DNA from: the human T2T-CHM13v2.0 reference genome, Homo sapiens
Assembly: GCF_009914755.1 (NCBI RefSeq)
Contig: NC_060925.1
DNA: 64,000 bases
Reading direction: 5' to 3' (one strand)
Positions 30,112 through 46,710 of this stretch are shown piece by piece. The notes below the pieces were generated by a model, which was given only the letters and a program-made list of their open reading frames with translations, made no database searches and was not told the DNA's origin. The stretch's first letter is position 1, and the number at the start of each line of letters is the position of its first letter. The translations under genes and the position numbers were made by a program.

Positions 30112-30353
30112 CAATGGTTTGCCAGCACTGGCTCTGAGCCAACTGTGCACATCCTTTCTGAACTCTAAGGTGGTAGCTTGAAATCAGCCACAGGAGGAGT
30201 AACTAATTTATATCAAAGAATTTGATATAAAATTCTAATTTATATTAGAATTTTATTTATAATTTATATTTGCAGCAAATGCTACAAATTCAGCGCTCCC
30301 CCCCACCCCCACCCCAGAGATCCTGGTTGTTAAACATTTCTAGCACACGACTG
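30112..30353 (+). mobile_element. MER63-like element in the ELK4 3'UTR
   Basis: Same 19-mer core; 3' end gttaaacatttctagcacacgactg. Confidence 0.7.
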
Positions 30354-31770
30354 AGTGGATAGCGACCAGAGCAGAAGGAAAGCTAAGGTATCAGAGAAGA
30401 TGTCTCAAAACCCCATTCAATCTGCTCCCCTTCCGTAACTTAGGCTACTGCTGCCCAACAGCATTCATCCTGGCAAAGTGACTAGGGATGGATACGAGCT
30501 ACAGCTACCAATTACAAGTCTCTCCAGTGAAAACTGATCTGAAGTGGTACATCACCTTTCACACTAAGAATTCTGCATATATTCAACAGAATATGAAGCT
30601 GAGACTTTTCCAGGAAGGAGGTAGTCTATAAACAGAACTGTCTGCCTCATACACCTGCAGTAAGGTTGTAAACTTTGACTTAAAAAAGGATACGCACACA
30701 CACACTTCTCCAAATTAGTTGATCTCAAAGAGATAGCAGATCACCAATCTGTGACAGCCTCACACCTCTGAGAGGCTATAGATTTATGCAAAAAGGACTC
30801 ACTAAAATGGTTTACTAGGAAGTTGCTTCAACTGAGTTTCAATGGTGCCCTTGGTTCCAAGGTACCTCTGTGCTGAGACAGTTAATTATTAAAAATACTG
30901 TCTGTGAAAACAAATCAATGGCTTTTCTCCTTTAATTCAAAAAGATAAAATACCTTTGTGCTTTCAAAATTTAACACATCTAGTTAAATCAACCATCTAT
31001 ATCTACTTATTTAATGTACAAAATGTTAACCTAATTAAAACTATTTCAAAGTGCTGCTGAGAGGTCCAATTTCAAACAGGCATGCAAACTAAATAATTTA
31101 ATATGGAAAAAAAAGTCCAATATGTCTGTTCCCCATCACTATTAAACAATACCTTTCAACACTACTATTGCACATCTCAGGAACAGAACCTTCAACTGAT
31201 AACCACAAATGAACCAGTAACAAGTCTCCGACACTACAGATATAAAGGCAGCTCACTGAATATGTTCCCTCTACTACTACTAAGTTAGCTAGCATAGATG
31301 TCTTCTTATACAAGAGCTTCTCTACACTGTATATAAGCACATTTAAAGTAAATACCATGCATCTGAAGATGCTAGTTTGTAACAGTGTCAGTCTGAGCCT
31401 TCAAGTTCTTACTTCTTCATTTAGTTCATGTGATTCTACAGGATTAGAAGACGAGTTTAACCGGTGGGAGAGATTGGTGGGGGAGGGTGGTAGTGGTGGT
31501 GAATGGTGACAACATATAATTTAATCCTGGACTTTAATTTTCAAAAGACTCCACTGTGATACTGATATCAATTCAGTTTGGGGAACCAACAAATCTGTAC
31601 CTGGCATTGATTACCATATAGTAATATTTTAAAAATTTGGTAATGTAGAGAATAAGGCCTACATTTTTTACTACTAATATGAACAATCCAATCCCTATGT
31701 ATAAGCATTCCCAAATGAACTCTGCTCTTCCCCATTTAAAAAAAAAAAGTTGAAAGAAATAAGCACATCT

Positions 31771-32086
<316 letters not shown>

Positions 32087-33179
32087 TCACTTTGAATTCT
32101 ACCTTCCTAACTGCATCTTTAAAACTATCATAACCTCTAACAACCTTAAACATAAAGGAAAGGTGATAAATGTATAGTAGAAAATGAGGTAAAATGAACA
32201 GGAAAAAGACAGGTCCTTCACTTGGTTATCTTCTAATTGAGAAAACCACTACATGTTGTTTCAAGTTATCTGATCGAATCTTTTACTCAGAGATGTTTCA
32301 AATATTCAAAATCCAAGTTCATCCTCCTAAAAGTGATCATTTCCCATGCTGTATTCCATGGGCATATAATCATACCACCCAGAGGGCAAAGAGCATTTCT
32401 GTGCTAGATGTGAGGTCCCATATTCTTACTAGGTGTTCCAAAAACTGTCTTAAACCCCAGGTCTAAAAATCTTTCTATAGTGAAATAGACTAGCTCCATG
32501 CTCTGTTGACAGGTTCAGACAGGATCATACATATGGCTAAGAGATCCACCCTGAATAAAGGTAAACAAGATGCCTTTTCATGGAGTTGCTTACACGTTAT
32601 AGTTCACACAAAACAATCTCCCCAGTATGACTGCTCCAATCTTACTTTGTATGAATAGGAATGATTCTTCTTCTTCCACTGCTTAGGAACAGCTCACTTT
32701 AAGTCATTCAACAGAGCACACTTAGTCCTAAAGATGCCAATTCATTTCACAAATATTTCTTTAAATAATAGATTCTAAGCATAATTTTTCCTGGCCAAAG
32801 GGTCCCAATAGCCAGAAGGAGTAACTTTGTTCTTAATTGCTTTTGCAAAGCACAGTCACTAAAGCCCACCAAAAACTTCTTCAGCACAAAGCTCAAAATA
32901 TTTTTAAAGGAGAAAAGAAAAGGAAGGAAGGAAAGAAAAAGAAAAGGAAAAGACAGAGGGAGGTGGAGTTTAGACTCCAATTAAGGCATTTTTATACATA
33001 TAGTCCAACTTGAGTCCTATTCAAAGAGAATCCTAAAAAGATGTTTTCAATGGGGAATGGCAAAAATCACAATAGTCTATTATCAGCATTGTAGAACTAT
33101 CAATTGCTCACTTCAAATGCAATCATGTTGAATGTCTGTTTCTTCGTTCCTCGGTTCTCTCATTCCACAAGTGCATAGG

Positions 33180-33278
33180 TTATGTCTTCTGTAGGTCTGG
33201 GGAAAATGGGCCAGGGGTGGAAGGTCCATCCAGCCCAGACAGAGTGAATGGCCCATGACTGTTCAGTACAGAAGGAAA
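33180..33278 (-). CDS. ELK4: ELK4 exon 5 CDS (FPSVLNSHG...PDLQKT*)
   Basis: tctcAG acceptor; completes the FQFP docking motif across the junction; TAA 33180-33182; total 69+291+39+32=431 aa. Confidence 0.97.
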   Translation of the reverse strand, partial: FPSVLNSHGPFTLSGLDGPSTPGPFSPDLQKT

Positions 33279-34219
33279 CTGAGAAAGAAAACAAAACACA
33301 TTATCATCCTATTACTCAACCCCAACTTTTACTTTCTATCCTACTCTATTACCTGAGGCAAAACACAACAGCCTTCTGTAATGGCTCACAGGACAAAGGC
33401 AGTGGCTGTTTATCATGAAAGAATATGATGTCATAACAAAAACTAGAAACAAAAATCTTTTGTCCTAACATATTAAATATTAACATTCTCCAACTTACCT
33501 CAATGGAGTAGAAACAAAGAACAACCTGTACCCTCCTTCATATCCTAAGGTACACAGGTTTACAATTAACCTCAAATGAAGGTTTTAGAAAGTTCAAGTA
33601 AATGACAATATGCACTACAGAGTGTAATTCAATTATGGAGCAAATCATAAACCCTCAAAAAGAGATCCAGAAAGGTATAAATAGCACTCATCCTAGAAAA
33701 GGGTTCCCCATCAAGTATTCTGAGGCCAGCTCTACAGGGAGATTCCAGGCTGAAGCTACAGGAGCACTATGACTTTGCTTAAGGTCTCAGCTGACTCTAT
33801 AACTCAATTATCTGCTCATGTGTGGCAATGAAAAAAAATATGAAAAATTCTCAACTTTTTTTTCTATTCAATAATTTTAAACGTTGGCAAAAAATAAAAA
33901 GCAGAGAGATTTTTAATTTTCCTCTTTTTCCCTACCATTTCATTTCTAAAAGAATGAGAAGTTAAATTACAAAATATAAGAAAATCAGAGATAGTCAACC
34001 ATGAATAAGTAAATGAATTGACTCCAAGAAAGTCTTTAAGTTATAACATCTAAGTGTTTTGGGCAAAATAATGGCTAAACCCATTAGGAATGGCAAGAAC
34101 TTTCCTAACGTCTTGGTGAAGAGATAATATTCATTTTTTTTAAAATGTACATATAAAATGTTGATAAATTATCAATTCTGACTGAGGGAGAAATGGGACT
34201 GTTTGATATACCATTTTCA

Positions 34220-34561
<342 letters not shown>

Positions 34562-34595
34562 TTAAAAGAGGGAACCTATGTGCAGAGATCCCCCA

Positions 34596-34599
34596 TATA

Positions 34600-34633
<34 letters not shown>

Positions 34634-34666
34634 CAAGAGAGAGAGAGAGAATGTGTGTGTGTGTGG
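34596..34666. repeat. Compound (GT)n(GA)n(GT)n microsatellite
   Basis: Read directly. Confidence 0.9.
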
Positions 34667-34667
34667 A

Positions 34668-34968
34668 TTTTGTTTTTTTGAGACAAGGTCTCACTGTGTC
34701 ACCCAGGCCGGAGTGCAGCGGTGCCATTATAGCTCACTGCAGCCTTGATCTACTGGGCTCAAGCGGTCCTCCCACCTCAGCCTCCCAAGTAGCTCTAGGG
34801 GCCACAGGCACGTGCTACCATGCCTAACTTAATTTTTTTTATTTCTAGTACAGACAAGGTCTCCTTAGGTTGTCCAGGCTGGTCTCAAACTCCTGAGCTC
34901 AAGCAATCTTCCTGCCTCGGCCTACCAAAGCGCTGGGATTACAGGCATGACACACACACTGCCTGGCC
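34668..34968 (-). mobile_element. Alu (AluJ-like)
   Basis: Diverged dimer. Confidence 0.9.
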
Positions 34969-35128
34969 CATTTTTTTTTTTTAAATAGAGAATTTCTAGT
35001 GACAAAAACTTGGGGTAGGCTCTAAATCTCCTACAGTATTGAACAATTCTTGGTCTAACTCAAATGTATGTAATAGTAAATAATGAAAATGAAACTTTGC
35101 TATATTTATTCAAGCTGTTTGCCAGCTA

Positions 35129-35474
<346 letters not shown>

Positions 35475-35592
35475 GAATATTCATTAAATAGAAGTTTTAT
35501 AATGATTAAACTGAATAGTGGGACCCTGCCTTTTTGCCTCTTTCTTCATTTAACATGCTCCAACTACAGAAGACAGATATTTATAAAATTAC

Positions 35593-35709
35593 CTGGAAAA
35601 GTGTGTTAGCACCTTGCAGTCTGGCTGGACTTAGGGGAGCAACAGGACTGAGAGTACTCCAGAAGTGGATACTGGAGAGCAAGGGGCTTGGAGTCAGTAT
35701 GATGGGTGT
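35593..35709 (-). CDS. ELK4: ELK4 exon 4 ([39 protein letters not shown])
   Basis: ttgcAG acceptor and CAG|GTAATT donor; 117 nt; TCF C-domain FWSTLSP with MAPK S/T-P sites. Confidence 0.97.
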
Positions 35710-35904
35710 CTGCAATACACAAAGCAAAAATATTCACTGACTGACTTACCAGGATGTTTTATCCTTGAAACAGCACACAAATAACCCAAACCTAAATATT
35801 GCCCTATCCTCCACTCCAAATATCTCCAAGTCTGAAATATTATCATGACAAAACTCAAAAATTATTTTTACAAACTAAGAGGGATAAAGGTGATAATAAC
35901 TACT

Positions 35905-36005
35905 TAAAATTTTTTAAATTTTTATTTCAATAGTTTTTGGGGGTACAAGTGGTTTTTGGTTACATGGATGAGTTCTTTGGTGGTAAATTCTGAGATTCTG
36001 GTGCT
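35905..36005 (-). mobile_element. L1PB-like 3' terminal fragment
   Basis: tttatttcaatagtttttgggggtacaagtggtttttggttacatggatgag resembles an L1PB 3' end. Confidence 0.7.
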
Positions 36006-36371
36006 CAACCTCTTTTTAAGCCAACATTTATAAAGTCTTTTCCAAATAGAAAAACCAACCTGAATTCAGGTACAGAGGAATAATGGGTAACCAAGACACC
36101 AGCATGTTTGTTTTTTTTTAATAATGAGGTGTGTGAAAAATCTACTAAAATGTTCTATGAGATGAGCAAGTTAATAAATAGCTAAAGTAACTGTACCAAC
36201 TTGTTACTCAACATCACACCAGTCATTTTTCTTATGGTTCTCAGGACCTACTGTTTTCTAACTTGAGATTATCACTGTTTGTTTTATAAGACACCAACGA
36301 GTTTTATAAGACCGAGAGAGAGCGAGAGAGTGTGTGTACTTTCTTTAGGAGGAAATAGAAAAATCAAAATA

Positions 36372-36377
36372 TTTATT
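36372..36377 (-). terminator. Intronic polyadenylation signal for SAP-1b
   Basis: AATAAA ~90 nt after the SAP-1b TGA, with U-rich downstream sequence. Confidence 0.7.
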
Positions 36378-36463
36378 TACTTGTAGAACAATGAATTTTT
36401 TAAGAAAATACTCCAAACTTTCTATTTTAGCAATCCTAATTAAGATGAGAAATGGGGTAACTT

Positions 36464-36601
36464 TCACATGACAGTCACACATAACCTTTCTAAGACAAAC
36501 CTAAGTAACAGAAAGCAAACTTGAGTGTATAAATTCTGGATTTGCTTAAAAGGGCAAATAAATGAAAGCAATGGTGACACCATAAAGAGCGAGCAAGCTA
36601 C
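36464..36601 (-). CDS. ELK4: SAP-1b-specific C-terminus (read-through of the exon 3 donor; 405-aa isoform)
   Basis: ORF continues VACSLFMVSP...CVTVM*; AATAAA on the minus strand at 36372-36377; matches the known SAP-1b architecture. Confidence 0.85.
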   Translation of the reverse strand, partial: VACSLFMVSPLLSFICPFKQIQNLYTQVCFLLLRFVLERLCVTVM

Positions 36602-37474
36602 CTGTGAAAAAAATGCTGGTGTAAGAGAAGCTGTAGGGAGAGATGGGCTCAGTATTCCCAGTGGGCTTGGATCACTGCTCGTGATCACAAGGGTGGGTGC
36701 CAGTTCTAACCCTTTGGGTTTCTTGGATCTTGATGAATTATTTACTTTGTCCTTTTCTAGCAAGACTGAATCCTGGTCTTTAGGCTCCAGTGACAAATTC
36801 TCTGGAAGTTCCATTGGCTGAGAAGCCACTGAATCAATGTCTGTGTCGATGTCTGGGTGAGAACTCAGTGGTGGTGAAGGTGTTCTGGGAGGTTCCTGCA
36901 AAGGGGGTATGGACGAAATGGGTGGTGTGGTGGCAAAAGCAGTCATTACGTTAGAGGCAGAGGTTGGGGCTTCCAGGGAAGGCAGTTTTGGGGAAACCAA
37001 TGTCTCCAAAGCTTGGATAGTTTCTTCTGAAGATGGAGAAATACTTGGGCCAATTGAAATGGTGGCAGCAACAGGTTCAACCGGTGGCTTTTTGGAAGGT
37101 GTCGTGACAAATTTGATGACAGATGGTGTGGGCTCCTGAGGAGATTTTTTCTCTGCCAGTTTCTCGGCTGGATTCTCAGTCTTTATCAATTTGAAAAGCT
37201 TTACATTGGAGGAGTTCAAAGAGTTGAGAGTAAATGAAGAATATAAGCCAGAGTGTATGTAGTCATTGCGGCTAGAGGTCTTGGCACCAGGCTGAGGTGG
37301 TTTATCTTTCCCTCCATTCTCCACATCTTTGGAACTGCTGCTGACTTCACTGAAGTTTAAACTTTCACAGTCACCCTCAATCCTGCCCACTGTCATTGGA
37401 TCCATGTTCAAAATCTCTGGATAAGAGACAAACTTGTACACAAACTTCTGACCATTCACTTTTTTGATGATATT
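36602..37474 (-). CDS. ELK4: ELK4 exon 3 (end of ETS domain, B-box SRNDYIHSGLYSSFTLNSL, D-domain RSKKPKGLELAP)
   Basis: ctacAG acceptor and CAG|GTAGCT donor; 873 nt; TCF B-box and MAPK docking motif. Confidence 0.98.
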
Positions 37475-37550
37475 CTGTAGGTTAAAAAAAAAAGCATTTT
37501 TATCCTTTCTTATAAACTTATATCCCATAGTTCATGAAAAAGCTGGCATC

Positions 37551-37901
<351 letters not shown>

Positions 37902-38124
37902 TTACTTAAAACTTTCAAAATCACCTAAATTCATCTAGCCATACCAAACACAGTCCCTACTATTATGGAGAAGTTAAGGCAAGAACATTTAAATGTCTTA
38001 TTAACAACTGAACTAATATGTTACATAAAAACTGAAGGATTTTAATTGCTTACCACTCTCAACCAAATATCTGTGCAGATTAGAACTCCCTGAACTGCAG
38101 TCTCAAACAATTCCAAAGGTATAA

Positions 38125-38456
<332 letters not shown>

Positions 38457-38566
38457 TGAAAAAGGAATTTAGAACATAGTATCTGTTAAGGTTCTTACTT
38501 CCTTCAGAAATTCCAGTTTATCTCCAGACAGGAAAGCTGGTAAGATCAACCACTTAATGGTGAAAG

Positions 38567-38888
<322 letters not shown>

Positions 38889-39059
38889 TCAGCAATTTTA
38901 ACTAAAAAACCAACTCTGTGTATAAACAGCTACTACTTAAGGTATAAGGTTTTAATTTGTGTTCCCTGGGTTAAACTAAAACTAAAAATTAAGATATAAA
39001 ACGTATATATGTAGATATATGTGTGTGTGTATATGTACATATATGACTTTTCTCCCCAA

Positions 39060-39319
39060 CAAGACAGGGTTCTCATGGAGTGCAGTGGTGTGTGATCATG
39101 GCTCACTGCAGCCTCAACCACTTGAGCTTAAGTGATCCTCCTGCCTCAGCCTCCTGGGCACTGGGACTACAGGTGTACACCACCGCGCCACACTGTTTTT
39201 TGTAGAGACGGGGTCTCCCTGTGTTGCCCAGTCTGGTCTCAAATTTCTGGGCTCAAGTGATCCTCCTGCTGCAGCCTCCCAAAGTGCTGGCATTACAGGC
39301 ATGAGCCACTACTCCAGGC
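39060..39319 (-). mobile_element. Alu (AluJ-like)
   Basis: Diverged dimer. Confidence 0.88.
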
Positions 39320-39489
39320 TTCACAATTTTTAAAGTAAATTATGACACACATGAGAATATTTACTTATCCTCAAGAATCTCAAATTGCCTTTGTCATATT
39401 CCAATTCTGTACATATTTTTTCTTTTAAAGACAACTGTAATTAGGAATAAAATATGTGTAATGGGAGTAAGTTAATAAATAAAATCTGG

Positions 39490-39845
<356 letters not shown>

Positions 39846-39910
39846 TTATACCTTGTATCCTAATTCCAAACTGCTGAAGCTACAAAATACACTGGATTAA
39901 AATAAACTAG

Positions 39911-40251
<341 letters not shown>

Positions 40252-40312
40252 AAGAAGGAATCGTTCTTGTCTGGAGGTTCTCTGTATAGTATAAGATCAG
40301 GATGTGTACTAC

Positions 40313-40519
40313 CTTTACATAATAGTATCTGAGGGCTCGGCTGAGTTTGTCATAATTCATGTTAGGCTTGTTCTTGCGAATCCCCCAGAGACGAGCCACC
40401 TCTTCTGCCTGCAAAAGCTTAAACTGCCCATCATTAGAGGTCCAACAGATCATGTGCTTGTTCTGAGGCTTCTGCAGGAGCTGAAGAAGGAACTGCCACA
40501 GGGTGATAGCACTGTCCAT
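40313..40519 (-). CDS. ELK4: ELK4 exon 2 CDS: N-terminal ETS domain ([15 protein letters not shown]...RYYYVK)
   Basis: ETS signatures LWQFLL and [17 protein letters not shown]; exon starts at 40528 after tttcAG; ATG in gctATGg; donor AAG|GTAGTA; 69 codons. Confidence 0.98.
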
Positions 40520-40559
40520 AGCAATGAGCTGAAAGAATATAGATAAGATATGTGATAAT

Positions 40560-40800
40560 ATTAACAGCCAACACCTATTTAACACTGTATGTCATGCACT
40601 GTTTTAAGTGCTCTAAATGTATTAATTCATCCCCACATTTCTATAAGGTAGATACTACTGCATCCTCATTTTACGTAAGAAAAAACTGATTCATAAGAGG
40701 GTTAAGGAACTTGTACAACATCACACAAGTAAACGGTGAAGCTAAGATCTAAGCCCAGGCAATCTGGACCCAGAATCCAAACTCTTAAGGATGCCACGCT
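40560..40800 (-). mobile_element. MIR next to the ELK4 exon 2 acceptor
   Basis: catcctcattttacgtaagaaaaaactga...gttaaggaacttgtacaacatcacac is MIR core. Confidence 0.75.
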
Positions 40801-41289
40801 GCTTAAGAAATGTCTTAAGCAACAAGCAACTTGCAAGGAGGATAAAGCTAGTTCCCTAAATTATAGGAAAAAACAATGATTGTCAATCACTAGTGACTGT
40901 CAATCACTGTTGTTAAATTTGAATCCTAAAATCTCATTGCTGTATTCTCTCAGGAGACCACCATTCCAGCATCTGTCTAAATCAACCCGGTTTGGTTATC
41001 TGCCTGTGAGTGTATGTGTTTGTGTCTATCTCAGGGTGGCCCAGGGACTGAGGTGTAGGGAATAATCTACTTTTGCTCCAACTGGTTTCCATCACCATAA
41101 ATGTCATTTACATACAAATTGGCAGCATTTTGAATTCAGCAAAGTGTTCTCTTTTCTGTCACTGTTCTGTCCACAGTGATTCCATCTGCAAAGATTCTCC
41201 TTTGATTAGCAATCTTTATGTGATTATCAAGGCATGGATTGAAGAAAAATATTTTAATATCTTAAGTTTCAGGATCTCCCTGTTTAGGC

Positions 41290-41507
41290 CAGAGTTTCTC
41301 AATTTTGGCATTATTGGTTTTGGGGGCCAGATAATTCTTTGTTGTGGGAAGCTGTCCTGTACACTGCAGTTTGTCTAACAGCATACCCGGCCTCTACCCA
41401 CTAGATGCCAGTAGCACCGCCTGCCCCATTGAGACCATCAAAAATATCTCCAGACACTGCCAAATATTCCCCCAGGGGTCAAAGTCATCCCGGTAGATAA
41501 CCATTGG
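41290..41507 (-). mobile_element. MER20 (hAT-Charlie)
   Basis: ggccagataattctttgttgtggg...ccactagatgccagtagcac...ccagacactgccaaat matches the MER20 reverse complement. Confidence 0.88.
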
Positions 41508-41988
41508 TTTAGGCAAAGGAGCAGCAAGGAATGCTCTCTCATAAAGGTATTTTCCTCATACAATTTCAAAACACCTTTCTATTAGGAAGAATTCTTTAGG
41601 GCAGAAACTCTGGCCAAATCCGTATAAGTGTGTCCTAAGAATCTTATGATTGAATACTTCACACACACAAAAAAAAACAAAAACAAAAAACCTTCCTTTC
41701 TCTAGTAATGAGATCTCAATGGGTTAGAATAGAGTTTGAAAACAAATTATATCAATACCATTAAAACACTACAAGAACAGATCAAAACTGGACTACAACA
41801 AAATTTAAAATTGTTGTGCTGCAAATAATGCCATCAAGTGAGAAGACAATCCCCCAAATGGGAGAATATTTTCAAACCATGTATCACAAAGGGAGCCTGC
41901 ATCCAAAATATATTAAAAAACGCCTACGACTAAAAAAAAAAAGCAAAGAATTTGAAAAGACATCATAGCAAAGAAGATATACAAATAG

Positions 41989-43211
<1,223 letters not shown>

Positions 43212-43863
43212 AAAAAATGCTCTACATAATTAGTTATTAGGGAACTAAAAATCAAAACCACCTGAGAAACCACTTCATGCCTACTTGGAAGGCTATAATC
43301 AAGACAGACAGACAATAACAAATATTGGCAAGGATGCAGAGAAATTGAAGCCCTTGTACATTGCTGGTGGGAATGTAAAATGGTGTAGCCACTTTGGACA
43401 AGTTTAATACATGACTCAACAATTCTACTCCTAGGTATATACCCAAAAGAAATGAAAACATACATCCATACAAAAACTTACACAGGACTGTTCATAGCAG
43501 AATTATTCATAACATCTAAAAAGTAGAAACAAACTAAATGTCCGTCAACTGATGAATGGATAAATAATATGTGGCACATTCATAATGGGGTATCATCCAG
43601 CCACAGAAAGGAATGAGGTACACACACACACAAGGACAAACCTTGAAAACATTATGCAAGTGACTAATAGAAGCCAGTCCACAAAAGACCACATATTGTA
43701 TGTTTCCACTTATATGAAATGTCCAGAATAGGAAAATCCAGACACAGAAAATAGATTAGTAATTATTTAGGACTGGGGGCTAAAATGCGGGGAAGAGAAG
43801 TGGGGAATGATAGAAAATGGGTACAGGGTTTCTTTTGGGGGTGATGAAAATATTATAAACTTA

Positions 43864-44168
<305 letters not shown>

Positions 44169-45528
44169 TTATAAACTTAGATTGTGTTCATGCTTGCACA
44201 AAACCCACAGCATATTACACCTAAGGAGGTGAATTTTATGGTATGTGAATTATATCTCAATAAAGATTTTTAAAACAAACAACACAACAAACACTATAAA
44301 AGTTAGGTCTGGGAAGACTAATTCTAACAACATTTAACTCACAGAAGATGGGATTCTTAAGGGTCAACTATACCTACTTCCAAAAAGGGCAGAGATAAGA
44401 AACTGTAGTGGAAAATAGTTGGGTTTCTATAACTTTTCTGAAACACTCAAAATGTCCTCCAGTAATCCTCACGATTATCACTTTGAAGCTGGTTGTACAG
44501 AGACAGTCACCTAAAAGTAACGATGGGAAAATAATAAAGGATAGAAAGGGAGAGATGCTGCCCACAGTCAGAATTCATGGAAAAGCTGAGGCCATGAGTC
44601 CCAAGTCTCTTTCATCACAGTCATGTACTCTGTCCATTAGGGAAACCACTTTCCAAATAAATAAAAGCACTCATATCGCTAATTGATTGTAAAAAAGCAT
44701 TACATATTAGATACCGATAATAATCCACAAATATGAAGTGCTACCTTAATGCCAAATAACCATGCCCGCTAGAAATCGGTTCCCCATAGCCTCACTTAAG
44801 CGGGGCTAAAATAGCGGTTTTATACTACGGCCATTAAGTATGGTGGAAGCAGGCAGGGATTCCCTGTTATGTCTCTTGAGTTTACCTGACAGGCCTTTCT
44901 TCTGATGATGCCTAATGATGGCAAGTTACCGTTCTACTACAGTTTTCCCACTTAAACAATTATTTCTAATCTAATCCTGTTAAAACTACTCTCTAGTAAA
45001 TGTTATCTTAAGCCAAGAACTCAATTTCCACATTTCCAGACATCACCTTCATATAAGACTGCTTATAGGGGTGGAGTATGAATCCATTCGTGAGATGATG
45101 AAGGAAAGACAGAGAATGGGAGTCTCTAGCCTACACAGATGTGGTGCCTATTATTCCATTTGTTTTTGAAAAAATTCCAACACCCGGATCCTAGAGTCTT
45201 AATACCTATTATGTAGATAACATTTCAGCCCTACAAGTTTAAAGCCTCAGCTATACATCTAAAGACAAAAACAACAAATTAACGTCTCCATAATGAGCAC
45301 CCAAGGAGACTCCCCAAAATAACAGGTGTTCCCCAGATGGTACAGGTTTAACTTGCACCTTCCCTGTTGGTTATCAGTGGAGCAGCATGTATTTAGTCAA
45401 ACACTGGTGAGCTGTTGGCTGCTTTAAGGTAGAACCGAGCTGTTGTGGAAAATGCTGATGCTTATTTAGCAACTACAGTGTGTCTACGATAGAAGGTTGA
45501 GGACAGTAAAAAAAAAAAAAATGGCTTT

Positions 45529-45837
<309 letters not shown>

Positions 45838-46063
45838 TGGCTTTGAGGTTTTAGACTGAAGTATTAGAAATGAATTTTGAGAAAAAGATATAAAGTGGAC
45901 ATTTTCACTGGGTACTTTAAAGGAATATTTTATTAATTCAATTATGATATCGTTATTCTTTTGATTGAAAAGCAGCCAACGTCTTCTTACATAGTTAAGT
46001 CAAAACTCTTCATTTTAGTTTCAAAAAGTGTGGTATTAACAATGATCTTCAATGATTTCATCA

Positions 46064-46710
<647 letters not shown>

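Noticed and set aside
41136-41167. Possible androgen response element (TGTTCT half-sites)
   Set aside because: The partner half-site fits poorly and half-sites are common by chance
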